Made by a program: the position numbers and the translations under genes
Shown: one piece after another, positions 18,069 to 27,940 of the stretch
How positions within the stretch are numbered: position 1 is the first letter of the stretch
Layout of the letters: each line of letters begins with the position of its first letter
The notes under the pieces: generated by a model
Told to the model about the DNA's origin: nothing
Seen by the model: the letters and a program-made list of their open reading frames with translations, nothing else
Databases searched by the model: none
Assembly (NCBI GenBank): GCA_034717215.1
Contig: JAYELD010000015.1
Location: 1 to 49,023, forward strand
Length of the DNA: 49,023 nucleotides
Direction of reading: 5' to 3'
From: Caldisericota bacterium
GTDB lineage: Bacteria > Caldisericota > Caldisericia > Caldisericales > Caldisericaceae

Positions 18069-19061
18069 CTATTTTTCTATAAATTTTTTCAAAAGTTTTA
18101 CAGTATTTTCGACATCGGCCATATCAAGTGTTTCACCGGGAGTATGAATATACCGAGTGGAGATGGATACTGCGGCGGATTCTACTCCGGTTTTTGTAAT
18201 TTGTATCGCAGCGGCATCTGTCGAGCCGTCAGTAATAACTTCTAATTGATAAGGTATCTTATTTTTCTTTGCTGTGTCAATTAACAGCGTCCTTATTCTT
18301 TTTGAAGCAATCATTCCTGCGTCCATAATTTTTATAGTAGGGCCTTTTCCAAGAGCAAGTGAAATTGCTGGACTTTCAGGTGTATCCCCCGCGTCTGTTA
18401 CATCCAAAGCAATTCCTATATCCGGAGTGATACCGTAAGAAGATACTTTTGCTCCTTTTATTCCAATTTCTTCCTGCACTGTGAATACCGCATAGAGGTC
18501 ATATTTAATCTTTTTACGCCGCAAATTTTTTAAAAGTTGTATTGCCACAGCACACCCGATTCTATCATCCAGTGCAGGTGCAGTTAGTCTTGTGCCGTTT
18601 TTATAAAAAGAAGGTTTGTATATGCCCTCTGTTCCTATTTGCACAAGTTTTTTTGCGGATGTTCGATCAGTTGCTCCGATGTCAACATAGAATTTCTCTA
18701 ATTTATGGTCCTTCGATTCCCATGGAGATTCTTTATCTTCATAATAAACAAAACCTTCTACTCCTTCTTCAAAAAGAATTTTTTGGCCAACAAGAAGAGA
18801 TTTATGTAGCCCCCCTATGGAGCCAACTCTGAGGAATCCGTTTTTATCGATATTTGTGACCATAACACCAATCTGATCCATATGCGCTGCAAGCATAAGT
18901 GATTCGTTAGGCCCTTTAATATGGCCAACCAGGTTGCCAAAGTTGTCTTCATATACTTCATCGACTTCTTTTGAAATTTCTTCTTTAATAATTTCTTTTA
19001 CGCTGTTTTCTTTTGAGGACGGGCCAAAAGCATAGACTAGTTTTTTAATTAAATTTTCCAT
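18069..19061 (-). CDS. M42-family (TET/FrvX-type) aminopeptidase, paralog 3 of 3
   Basis: Motifs LMLAAHMDQIG, ALDDRIGCA, FTVQEEIGIKGA and YIHTP. AGGAGG SD. Confidence 0.85.
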   Translation of the reverse strand: MENLIKKLVYAFGPSSKENSVKEIIKEEISKEVDEVYEDNFGNLVGHIKGPNESLMLAAHMDQIGVMVTNIDKNGFLRVGSIGGLHKSLLVGQKILFEEGVEGFVYYEDKESPWESKDHKLEKFYVDIGATDRTSAKKLVQIGTEGIYKPSFYKNGTRLTAPALDDRIGCAVAIQLLKNLRRKKIKYDLYAVFTVQEEIGIKGAKVSSYGITPDIGIALDVTDAGDTPESPAISLALGKGPTIKIMDAGMIASKRIRTLLIDTAKKNKIPYQLEVITDGSTDAAAIQITKTGVESAAVSISTRYIHTPGETLDMADVENTVKLLKKFIEK

Positions 19062-19072
19062 AAATGCCTCCT

Positions 19073-20089
19073 TTAAAACTTTTTGAGAAATTTATTCAAC
19101 AGCTTTACTGTGCTTATATAGTCTTTTTTAAAGAACAGAGAGACGGGAGAATGAAGATAGCGTACTGGTACTGCCACAGTTAAAACTTTGACGCCTTTTC
19201 TTGTGGTTTGTATTCTGTACGAATCAGTACCCCCTGCAATAACTTGTTTGAATTGATATGGAATTTTATTTTGTTTTGCAGTTGAGATAAGTTTATTACG
19301 CAATTCATTATCGGTAATTACACCTCTGTCTTTTACCGTGATAACAGGGCCGTGGCCCAATTTACTGCATTTCAAATGATCCGGTACTTCTGGTAAATCA
19401 GCAGAAATGGTTCCTTCAATAGTTATTGAAATATCGGGAGTATATTGGTGGGCTCCTACAGCTGCTCCTCTTAGACCTATTTCTTCCTGTGTCGAAAAAA
19501 GTGCAATGATAGGAACATTGTAGTTTTGTTTAAGAAGATCGACAATAATGGCACACCCAAGCCTGTCATCAAAGGCCTTTCCAATGAATTTACTATCGGT
19601 AATTTCTTCAAATTTGGTATCAAACGCTACAAAACTACCTCTTGGTGCTATACTTTCTGCTTCTTCCATATCTTTTGCGCCTATATCTATATAGAGTTCG
19701 GTAGATTTTATGCTCTTTTCCCGTTCATCTACTTCTTGTAAATGAATAGCCTTTGCCCCAATAACGCCTCTAATTTCTTTTTCTCCGATAAGTACTCTTT
19801 TTCCTAGCAGCACTCGATCATCTATTCCACCTACTTTTTTAAATTGAAGAAATCCATTTTTACTAATGTGATCAATGATTAATCCTACCTCGTCTATATG
19901 GGCATTCAACATTATTTTTGGTCCTTTTTTTTTCATTCCTTTCAGGGCAATAAGATTCCCTAATGGATCAGTCGCTACCTTTTCAACATATTCCTTTATT
20001 TCGCCTCTCAGTATTTCTCTGACTTTTATTTCATCTCCTGAAATACCAGGGGTATTGCTTAGTTTTTCGACAAGTTTAATGCTCTCCAT
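19073..20089 (-). CDS. M42-family aminopeptidase, paralog 2 of 3
   Basis: Motifs LNAHIDEVG, AFDDRLGCA, STQEEIGLRGA and YLHSP. Start moved to ATG 20089 (GGAGG 8 nt upstream). 14-nt overlap with paralog 1. Confidence 0.85.
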   Translation of the reverse strand: MESIKLVEKLSNTPGISGDEIKVREILRGEIKEYVEKVATDPLGNLIALKGMKKKGPKIMLNAHIDEVGLIIDHISKNGFLQFKKVGGIDDRVLLGKRVLIGEKEIRGVIGAKAIHLQEVDEREKSIKSTELYIDIGAKDMEEAESIAPRGSFVAFDTKFEEITDSKFIGKAFDDRLGCAIIVDLLKQNYNVPIIALFSTQEEIGLRGAAVGAHQYTPDISITIEGTISADLPEVPDHLKCSKLGHGPVITVKDRGVITDNELRNKLISTAKQNKIPYQFKQVIAGGTDSYRIQTTRKGVKVLTVAVPVRYLHSPVSLFFKKDYISTVKLLNKFLKKF

Positions 20090-21116
20090 AAAGTGCCTCC
20101 AAAAATAGCTCGTCAATTTCCTCGATAAATAATGAAAGTAGATTCACTGTTTTGTCTACATCTGTCGGATCAATTACTTCAATTGGAGTATGCATATAAC
20201 GTAAAGGAATACCTATGATTCCTACAGGTATGCCTCTTCCAACAAGTTGAATTTCTGTAGCATCAGTACCGCTAAGGATGCCTATCTCTTGTTGCAAGGA
20301 AATGTTAAATTTATCTGCAACAGCAAAAAGTTTTTTGTTAATTATTTGATTAGCAGAAGGACCTATGAAAATAACCGGTCCTTTACCCATTTTGCACGTT
20401 TTTCTCTCGGATTCATTGGGGGAGGATCCAAAAGTTGCATCAATTGCAATAGCAAAATTTGGTTTCAACGCATAAGTAGAAGTAATTGCGCCCAGTCCTG
20501 TAATCTCCTCTTGCGATGAAAAGTGCCCTATAATGTCAATCAAAGGCAATTTTCTCTTTAAACTCTTTAGAACTTCTATAATAGTATAAACACCAACTCT
20601 GTCATCAAGAGATTTATTTGAAATGAGCTTGTTAAGAGAACTAAATCCAGGTATAAATGTAATACTACTCCCGATTGGTATCAATTTTTCAGCGCTTTCC
20701 CTGTCTATACCGCAATCGACAAAAATCTTGTCGATTGGAACAGCTTTTTTAGTCTTTTCTTCTGATTCAAGATGATATGGTTTTAGACCAATAACTCCTT
20801 TGAATTCTTGCTCTCCATGAACGCATACGATGGATCCTGGCAATACTTTTAAATCAATACTCTTTGTATGAACACGAAGGAATCCTTCTTTAGTTATTCC
20901 TGTTACAAATAGGGCTACTTCGTCTAAATGTGCATCAAGCATAAGGCTGTACTTGCCCGGGTTGCCCCTTTTTAATGCATAAATCGATCCATTTTTGAGG
21001 GTTTTAATTTCATCGACATAATTCGATAATTCTTTAGTTACTAAGGAATGCAATGCTGATTCCTCTGATGTTGCGGCATGTGCATTAGTTAATTCTTCAA
21101 TTAATTTTCGATTCAT
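20076..21116 (-). CDS. M42-family aminopeptidase, paralog 1 of 3
   Basis: Motifs LDAHLDEVA, SLDDRVGV, SSQEEITGLGA and YMHTP. Start at ATG 21116, preceded by GGGAGGTG. Confidence 0.8.
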   Translation of the reverse strand: MNRKLIEELTNAHAATSEESALHSLVTKELSNYVDEIKTLKNGSIYALKRGNPGKYSLMLDAHLDEVALFVTGITKEGFLRVHTKSIDLKVLPGSIVCVHGEQEFKGVIGLKPYHLESEEKTKKAVPIDKIFVDCGIDRESAEKLIPIGSSITFIPGFSSLNKLISNKSLDDRVGVYTIIEVLKSLKRKLPLIDIIGHFSSQEEITGLGAITSTYALKPNFAIAIDATFGSSPNESERKTCKMGKGPVIFIGPSANQIINKKLFAVADKFNISLQQEIGILSGTDATEIQLVGRGIPVGIIGIPLRYMHTPIEVIDPTDVDKTVNLLSLFIEEIDELFLEALYGEH

Positions 21117-21550
21117 AGCACCTCCCATAATTTGATTGAAAATCATCCTGTGCTTGAAATTGACGAGACGGTTGATGCTTATAGCAAGAAGTATATTTTT
21201 GGCTTAATATTATATAATTTTTGCGATTTATCCTTAATATAATTTTAAATATCGTGTCCTTGTTAAGTATAGAAGAAACAGAGATATTTGTTATCATATT
21301 TTATGAAGCAAGAATTTTATTGTTAACTTGCTGTCGTTTATTTTATCCATTTCGTATCCTTTTTTGTCATTTTCTTATTTTAACAAAAGAGAGCAAAAAA
21401 TTCAAATTTATAAAGCTCTTACAGGGTCAGCTTTTGTAAAATAGAATAATTACGAGAATAAACAAATCTGCAAAGAGTGTTGCTTAACTTAATCAAACAT
21501 TTTATTTTTGTAATTTTGTGCAAAGCAGCAATTATTGCGTATTTGAATTT

Positions 21551-21949
21551 TCAGAAAAAAAGTTCTAATTCTCTTTTGGCATCTTGCTTCGAGGAAGCCG
21601 CATGTACTATATTTTCAGTAAGGTAAGGAGAGAAGTCACCTCGTATTGAACCTGCTTTTCTTTTTTCAGGATAAGTCTCTCCTACAACAATCCTGCAGTT
21701 CATTACTGCTTCTTCTCCTTGCATTTTCATTAATACTACCGGCTCAGAAATTGTATACTCAATAAGTATGTCAAAAAAATCTTTTCCTTTATGCATTTCA
21801 TATAGCTTTTCTGCTTTATCTTGGTCAAGGTGTTCTATTTTAATGTCGACAATTGTCATCAATTTCTCTTCTAATCGCTTAATGACTTCACCTATTAATT
21901 TTCGCCTAACTCCATCTGGTTTAACCATCACAAATGTTTCTTCTATCAT
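21551..21949 (-). CDS. ndk: Nucleoside diphosphate kinase
   Basis: TFVMVKPDGVRRKLIGEVIKRLE and the active-site His in NIVHAASS. TAATG overlap with the upstream gene. Confidence 0.85.
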   Translation of the reverse strand: MIEETFVMVKPDGVRRKLIGEVIKRLEEKLMTIVDIKIEHLDQDKAEKLYEMHKGKDFFDILIEYTISEPVVLMKMQGEEAVMNCRIVVGETYPEKRKAGSIRGDFSPYLTENIVHAASSKQDAKRELELFF

Positions 21950-22464
21950 TATTCCTCTCCAAGTTCATCCAAGTAGATTTCTTTTTCTTCGGGATTATAT
22001 CCGATAAGTTCAGCGTACCGGCCTAAATTTATAGCCGTTTTTAGCATATTTTTTGCTTCTGCCTCTCTCATTTCTTGCTGTAGTACAACAAGAAAATCAT
22101 TTTTATCGATGGTTTTATCGGGGATACTCAGAAGCAACTTAATAAGTTTTTTAAATATAGGAAGCCTTTTTAAGCTTTTTTTGAACATAAGCTTTCTTTC
22201 ATTCTCATCTCCCTTTAAAAGTGATTTACCCAAATTAGTTAGAATTAAATCTCCTTCTTCAATTTTAACAAATTTCAAAAGTTCTGAAGCCTTTATAATT
22301 GGGAGAAGGTCATCAATTTCAAGATTTAAATCAGATGCCATTGCATATACATCTGTCCTTCCACCCTCTTCGGCTAAATAATCAAGCATTCCAAATATTT
22401 CTCCTACATCTACAGCAGGTAACGGTGATACATCATCCATAAGTGTTTCCCTGTCGGGTTTCAC
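21949..22464 (-). CDS. Stand-alone AAA-associated C-terminal domain protein (accessory of NitT/TauT-type ABC systems)
   Basis: 171 aa. LPAVDVGEIFGMLDYLAEEGGRTDVYAMASDLNLEIDDLLPIIKASELL ... INLGRYAELIGYN matches the domain that is often fused to the C-terminus of such ATPases. Confidence 0.6.
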   Translation of the reverse strand: MKPDRETLMDDVSPLPAVDVGEIFGMLDYLAEEGGRTDVYAMASDLNLEIDDLLPIIKASELLKFVKIEEGDLILTNLGKSLLKGDENERKLMFKKSLKRLPIFKKLIKLLLSIPDKTIDKNDFLVVLQQEMREAEAKNMLKTAINLGRYAELIGYNPEEKEIYLDELGEE

Positions 22465-22478
22465 CTCCTTTTTATATT

Positions 22479-23246
22479 TTATATATTATAACCTTTAGTG
22501 ACAACAGTTGAATATAGTTTATCATAAAGTTTTATGAATTCAACACTATCGCGGTCTCTTGGCCGTGGTAGTGTAACCGGCACATCACTGATGATTTTAC
22601 CGGGGTGGGTAGAGAGTACAATGACTCTGTCAGTCAGATAGATAGCTTCTTCGATATTATGTGTCACCATAAGGATGGATTTTAAAGAAAGCTCCCCGGA
22701 ACCCCATAGCCTCAATATCTCCTCTCTCAAGTTTTGGGCAGTAAATGCATCCAGTGCAGAAAATGGTTCATCCATAAGAAGAAGTTCCGGTTCCATTACC
22801 AATGCTCTTGCAATACCTACTCTTTGTTTCATTCCGCCAGAAAGTTCTCTTGGGTATGCTTCTTCAAAACCTTCCAGTCCCACAAGGTCGATGTATTTAA
22901 AAGCTTTTCGTAACCGCTCCTTCAGAGGAAATTCCCTTGCTTCTAATCCAAGCGTTATGTTTTCCGTAACATCTAACCAGGGAAGCAATCCAAAAGTCTG
23001 AAAAATAATGCTTACATTGGCATTAATCTCTTTTACCGATTTCTCCTTAAAAAGTACCTTCCCGGAGCTTGGGGCTACCAACCCGGCAATAATTCTAAGG
23101 AGCGTACTTTTTCCACAACCGGAAGGACCTACAAGTGCAACAAATTCTCCATTGTTGACAACAAAATTAATATCATCAAGAACTACTAATTCTTTATTTT
23201 TGAGTGGAAAGATCTGTTTGATTTTTTTTAGCTCTAACAGTGCCAT
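22479..23246 (-). CDS. ABC transporter ATP-binding protein (NitT/TauT family)
   Basis: Walker [10 protein letters not shown], signature [15 protein letters not shown], Walker [14 protein letters not shown]-loop VTHN. Confidence 0.9.
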   Translation of the reverse strand: MALLELKKIKQIFPLKNKELVVLDDINFVVNNGEFVALVGPSGCGKSTLLRIIAGLVAPSSGKVLFKEKSVKEINANVSIIFQTFGLLPWLDVTENITLGLEAREFPLKERLRKAFKYIDLVGLEGFEEAYPRELSGGMKQRVGIARALVMEPELLLMDEPFSALDAFTAQNLREEILRLWGSGELSLKSILMVTHNIEEAIYLTDRVIVLSTHPGKIISDVPVTLPRPRDRDSVEFIKLYDKLYSTVVTKGYNI

Positions 23247-24949
23247 TATGCCTCCATGGTGAATCTCTCAGAAATTTTAGCATAAAGTGGTCGATAAACA
23301 AAATGATTAATTGAAAAGATTGCGAAAACCATAATTAGGAGGGCAACAATAAATATTCCTTTTTTGTCTTCGTTTAATGAAGTATTGAGAATACTGCCAA
23401 TACCAGGGACGGAATATATTTTTCCTTGAAGACTAATGTACTCGGCAATAATTAAAGCATTCCATCCCCCACCCCATGCTGTAATCGTTCCGGTCATAAG
23501 AGAAGGCAGTGATGCAGGAAAGAGTAACCTTTTAAATTTCAGAAATCTTGTTGGTTTAAATGAATCTACAACTTCTTTGACATCACTCGGAATTGCTTTC
23601 AACCCACCGAATATATTAAACAATAGATACCATTGCATGCCAGTGAGAATAAGGATGATCGCTGTAATATTCAAGCCGTTAGGAATTCGAATAAAATAAT
23701 AAAGAAACAGTGGAAATATTGCTACTGCGGGAATTGAGGCAAATATTTGGATGAAAGGAGAGATAATTTTAGCACCACGAGGGTGATAGAACATAGTAAT
23801 TGCCACTGGAAGAGTCCAGATAAGTGATATGAGATATGCGATTAGAAGGCGAGTAAAAGAGAATAAAAGCCCCTTAAAAGTTGCAACAAGATCAAGAAAG
23901 GTAATTTCGTTTATGATGCTGGGAATGCCCTTAGCAAGAAGATAAACCAAGTAACTTACTGCTGCAATAATTCCGATTAGCATTATTTTAGAAAACACGA
24001 CATTGCATTTATGAACAATTCTGTTTTGTGTGATTCTTAAAATATGTGAAAAATTATTTTCTATTTTTCCAGTAAGTGGTTTTAGTTTGCAAAGGATATT
24101 GCCTATAATTTTCCAAAAGGCTTTGACAATTTCCAGTACTTCACTTTTTTCTTCTTCTTCTCCGGGCGATAAATCATATCGGAATCGGCGTGACCACTGC
24201 GAAAGCGGTTTCCAGATAAAAAGGTCAACAAAAATAATTATTAACACAAGAACAAGGATGCCAAGCAGTGTTAACGAAATTTTTGACTGAGTTGCAGTTT
24301 CCATAATGAAACTCCCAAGTCCTGGGAGCCGATACGAGGCTCTCCCTACTGCAAATATTTCACATGCAACGAGAAAGTACCAGCCATTTGTCCAGCTCAT
24401 CATACTGTTATAAACAAGCTTTGGAATAATTGCGGGGAAGAGAAGTCTTCGTGTTCGCAACCGTCCTTGTGGATCAAAAAAATTGTAAGATTCTGCAATG
24501 TTTCTTGGTATAGTTGAGAGACTTTCATAAATGCCAAACGCAATGTTCCATACTTGAGAAGTGAAAATTAAAAAAATTGCGGCAATTTCTATTCCAATGA
24601 ATTTGCTTGGAATTACAGCAATAAAAAAGAAAATAGCTGCGGGGAAGAAAGCAAGTATTGGTACAGACTGAAAGATATCCAGGATTGGTAGCATAATCCT
24701 GGCTCGTCTTTCACTTGTCGCAGCGGCAAAACCGTACAATACCGAAAACAGGAGCGCAAGTAAGTATGCACAGGTCATTCGAAATAACGAACGCAAAGCA
24801 TACGAAGGAAGGTGCTTAACAGAGAGAGTAGAAATAAAATCAGTGACAGAAATTTCTTTTCTATAAAATATATATGCAAGGGCAATAAGAGCGATGAGAA
24901 GGAATAGTTCTAAAAAGATGTTTTCAGTTTTTGCTTTTTCTGTGCTCAT
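23246..24949 (-). CDS. ABC transporter permease with duplicated TauC/SsuC-like domains
   Basis: 567 aa. Two homologous halves, each ending in a permease EAA-type region ([29 protein letters not shown] and [29 protein letters not shown]). Confidence 0.8.
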   Translation of the reverse strand: MSTEKAKTENIFLELFLLIALIALAYIFYRKEISVTDFISTLSVKHLPSYALRSLFRMTCAYLLALLFSVLYGFAAATSERRARIMLPILDIFQSVPILAFFPAAIFFFIAVIPSKFIGIEIAAIFLIFTSQVWNIAFGIYESLSTIPRNIAESYNFFDPQGRLRTRRLLFPAIIPKLVYNSMMSWTNGWYFLVACEIFAVGRASYRLPGLGSFIMETATQSKISLTLLGILVLVLIIIFVDLFIWKPLSQWSRRFRYDLSPGEEEEKSEVLEIVKAFWKIIGNILCKLKPLTGKIENNFSHILRITQNRIVHKCNVVFSKIMLIGIIAAVSYLVYLLAKGIPSIINEITFLDLVATFKGLLFSFTRLLIAYLISLIWTLPVAITMFYHPRGAKIISPFIQIFASIPAVAIFPLFLYYFIRIPNGLNITAIILILTGMQWYLLFNIFGGLKAIPSDVKEVVDSFKPTRFLKFKRLLFPASLPSLMTGTITAWGGGWNALIIAEYISLQGKIYSVPGIGSILNTSLNEDKKGIFIVALLIMVFAIFSINHFVYRPLYAKISERFTMEA

Positions 24950-24957
24950 AGTAAATG

Positions 24958-25269
24958 TTAAAAAACAGGAGGTTCTTCATACTTTTTTTCGTCATTTTCT
25001 CTTGTGAGTTCAAAAATTACTGTATTATCTGGATCAGGGCAAGAAATATAAGCTTTATCAGGGTTTTTTTCCCAAGGTAAAGTTCCACCATATCGAAGCG
25101 GGGTGATAAATGGCCATAAAGTCATAAACGCCCAGCCACAAAAATTAATAGGCACAGGTTGTCCATTTGTGTCGATATCAAAAGTATCTCCTACTTTGAG
25201 GCCTGCAGGACATTTTCCAGAGCCTCTGATTTCAATAATTTTTATTTTTATCTTATATATTTTTGCCAT
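24958..25269 (-). CDS. TIGR04076-family small Cys-containing protein
   Basis: 103 aa. GKCPAGLKVGDTF ... FCGWAF ... RYGG..PWE ... ISCPDPDN.VIFEL matches my recollection of the TIGR04076 consensus (FC.WAW ... GG ... C.DG.RPVvF.leR). First gene of the ABC operon. Confidence 0.6.
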   Translation of the reverse strand: MAKIYKIKIKIIEIRGSGKCPAGLKVGDTFDIDTNGQPVPINFCGWAFMTLWPFITPLRYGGTLPWEKNPDKAYISCPDPDNTVIFELTRENDEKKYEEPPVF

Positions 25270-25374
25270 TATGTTATTTCACCTTAATGAATTTTAGCAT
25301 AAAGCCAATTTGTTTCCAAGTAGGTATTTTAGTGAATTTTTACTATAATAGAAAAATTACTGAGAGGAGTAAGG

Positions 25375-26385
25375 ATGGGTCGACGAAAAAACAATAAATC
25401 TTTCAACATATTTTTAACAGTTATTGTTCTAATACTAATTCTTGTTTATGGCTATCTTTTTCAGGACATTTCCCCAATTTTTTCTCCACAAACAGCCCTA
25501 CCTACTCTGAAAAGTGCTCAATTATTCGTTGAGCCAAATGATGGAAGGTCGTATATAATAGATGCAATAGATAATGCAAAAGAAAGCGTGGACCTAGAAG
25601 TATATATACTATCCGATAGTAAAATTATAAGCGCATTGATTAATGCAAAGAACAGAGGAGCAATAGTTCGGGTGATTTTAGAAGAAAATCCTTACCTTGG
25701 ATATGGAGCGAATAAAGTAGCAAAGAATAAACTTGCTCACTACGGGGTTGATGTTAAATGGTCTAACAGAGTATACAGATTTACGCATTCAAAGTTTTTT
25801 GTAACAGATATGGCAAATGGTTACATACTGACACTTAATCTTTCAAAAAGTGCGTTTACTAAAAATAGAGAGTTTGGAATAATAACCCAGGATTCCATAT
25901 CTGTCGGTGAGCTTGAAAAAATTTTCCAGGCAGATTGGGATAGAAAACCATATAGGGTTACAGAATCGCCTCTTGTTGTAAGTCCTGAAAACGCAAGAAT
26001 AAAATTGGAAAATCTCATAGAAGGGGCAGAAAAAGAAATTCTTGTTTATGCAGAGGTGATGAATGATGCAGCTTTTGAAAAGCTACTGGTTGCCAAAGCA
26101 CATAATGACGTGTCGGTGCGTGTTATTCTGGCAGATCCTTCAGATATCGACTCTAATGCTGATGCATATGAGCGGTTCTCAGTTTCTAAGATTCAGGTAT
26201 CAATTTGCTCAACTCCATTTACGCATGCCAAAGCTATTCTTGTTGATGATTCTACTGCATATATTGGTTCAATTAATTTTTCTACTACTTCCTTTGACAA
26301 AAATAGAGAAGTAGGCATTATTGTTTCTTCGCCTGATGTTATTAGCAAACTAAAAACAACCTTTTTCTCTGATTTTCGACCATAA
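25375..26385 (+). CDS. Phospholipase D superfamily protein with two HKD motifs and an N-terminal TM anchor
   Basis: HSKFFVTD...N and HAKAILVDD...N HKD motifs in two repeated halves. TM helix FNIFLTVIVLILILVYGYLF. Confidence 0.8.
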   Translation: MGRRKNNKSFNIFLTVIVLILILVYGYLFQDISPIFSPQTALPTLKSAQLFVEPNDGRSYIIDAIDNAKESVDLEVYILSDSKIISALINAKNRGAIVRVILEENPYLGYGANKVAKNKLAHYGVDVKWSNRVYRFTHSKFFVTDMANGYILTLNLSKSAFTKNREFGIITQDSISVGELEKIFQADWDRKPYRVTESPLVVSPENARIKLENLIEGAEKEILVYAEVMNDAAFEKLLVAKAHNDVSVRVILADPSDIDSNADAYERFSVSKIQVSICSTPFTHAKAILVDDSTAYIGSINFSTTSFDKNREVGIIVSSPDVISKLKTTFFSDFRP

Positions 26386-26547
26386 CTGAATTTTGAAACT
26401 ATGACTTTTTAATATTTTTTTTGAACATTATTTACTTGTTTTTGTAAAAAATTAAACGAGGTATATAATAAAAGACAATGGAAAGAAATGGAATGCATAA
26501 ATATTTTTTGTTAAAATGTTTACTTAGCCAGCAATAAGGAGAAATAG

Positions 26548-27561
26548 ATGAGTAATAAGGTTGGCAAATGGTTTGAATCATCTCCCTACACCGTTAACAA
26601 TAAAATTATTACACGGTTTGATCAAAGGAAAAACATATTTGGGCGAATACTCAATGATACAAAAGCGCCTTTTTATAAAAAAAGCATGTACAAGAATGTT
26701 AAAAAAATTCTTACTCAAAAGAACAAGGGGTATTCCCGGATTGAATTTGCCAAAGTTTTAGGAGCATGGGCTGTTTATGATTATTTTTACAAAGCATTTT
26801 CTTGGGAAAGGCCAACCGAGCAGAACAACATTATGGATAAGCCTGACCTTAGGAAATATCCTGTCAAAAATAGAAGAACAATGAGCAAAGAAGTTAAAGA
26901 CGCAGCAAAGTTGTATGGTGCATCTCTTTTGGGTATATGCGAAATCAACCCGCTCTGGATATACTCAACTAATTTGTTTGAGCAGCCAATTGATATCCCA
27001 GATAACTATAAATATGCAATTGTTATGGCAATGCACGTGGATGACAAGTTACTTAAAAGTTCTCCAACCTTTCCGGCTTGTGCCGCCAGCGCAATTGGGT
27101 ACTCAAAAATGGCTTTTTGTATAGCATGTCTTGCAGAATTTATTAGAAATTTGGGATATAATGCTATTCCAATGGGTAATGACACTGCTTTAAGCATCCC
27201 GCTTGCAATTGATGCTGGTCTTGGAGAATTAGGGCGGAATGGTTTATTAATTACGCCCCAGTATGGGCCAAATGTAAAAATATGTAAAGTATTTACAGAT
27301 TTACCGCTGGAACCAGATGAACCTATCGAGTTTGGAGTTGCAAACTTTTGTAAGAAATGCAAAAAATGTGCAGAGGCATGTTCTGCTGATGCCATACAAT
27401 TTGAAACAGAACCCTCTTTTAAAACAGTATCCCTATCGAATAACCCTGGGATATTACGTTGGGCTGTAGATCATGACAAGTGCTATACGTTTTGGATTAA
27501 AAACGGAGGTGATTGTTCAAATTGTATTGTTGTATGTCCTTTTACTCCTTCATCCGTTTAA
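26548..27561 (+). CDS. Reductive dehalogenase-family protein, short cytoplasmic form (two 4Fe-4S motifs)
   Basis: AGLGELGRNGLLITPQYGPNVKICKVFTDLPLEPDEPIEFGVANFCKKCKKCAEACSADAI is the typical RdhA core. Second cluster C-x10-CSNCIVVCP. No RR signal. AAGGAGA SD. Confidence 0.65.
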   Translation: MSNKVGKWFESSPYTVNNKIITRFDQRKNIFGRILNDTKAPFYKKSMYKNVKKILTQKNKGYSRIEFAKVLGAWAVYDYFYKAFSWERPTEQNNIMDKPDLRKYPVKNRRTMSKEVKDAAKLYGASLLGICEINPLWIYSTNLFEQPIDIPDNYKYAIVMAMHVDDKLLKSSPTFPACAASAIGYSKMAFCIACLAEFIRNLGYNAIPMGNDTALSIPLAIDAGLGELGRNGLLITPQYGPNVKICKVFTDLPLEPDEPIEFGVANFCKKCKKCAEACSADAIQFETEPSFKTVSLSNNPGILRWAVDHDKCYTFWIKNGGDCSNCIVVCPFTPSSV

Positions 27562-27606
27562 ACAATAGGATCTTACAATGGAAAGGATTAATTTAAAAAG
27601 GAAGCG

Positions 27607-27804
27607 ATGAATATGTCAAAATATATTTTATTAGAAGTATTGCATTTTTTTAAAAAAGGTAGTAATATTACGAGAGATTTTGAAAGTTTGAATCGAAATT
27701 GTATAATTTTGCATGCTGCTTTTAGCTATGAAGACATGACGGAAAAAAGAATAAAGGAACTAGTATTTAGCAGAGCAGAAAAAGGTGTATTTACAGATGG
27801 ATAA
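27607..27804 (+). CDS. Hypothetical small hydrophilic protein
   Basis: 65-codon ORF with AAGGAAG just upstream (ATG at 27607 or 27613). No recognisable motif. Confidence 0.25.
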   Translation: MNMSKYILLEVLHFFKKGSNITRDFESLNRNCIILHAAFSYEDMTEKRIKELVFSRAEKGVFTDG

Positions 27805-27878
27805 GTTATCGGGAAAAGTACAAGTTTTTTTGTGGAGTGTGGTTTTAGTTCAGAGACAGTTGAAGTAAGTAAGAGGGA

Positions 27879-27905
27879 ACAAGTATTTCATAGAGAAATA
27901 CTTGT
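27879..27905 (+). promoter_or_regulatory. Perfect 11-bp hairpin in the oppA leader
   Basis: ACAAGTATTTC-ATAGA-GAAATACTTGT, about 35 nt upstream of the oppA start. No T-tract follows. Confidence 0.3.
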
Positions 27906-27940
27906 GTGGAGAATAAAAAAAATTAAACAAGGAGGAAAGA

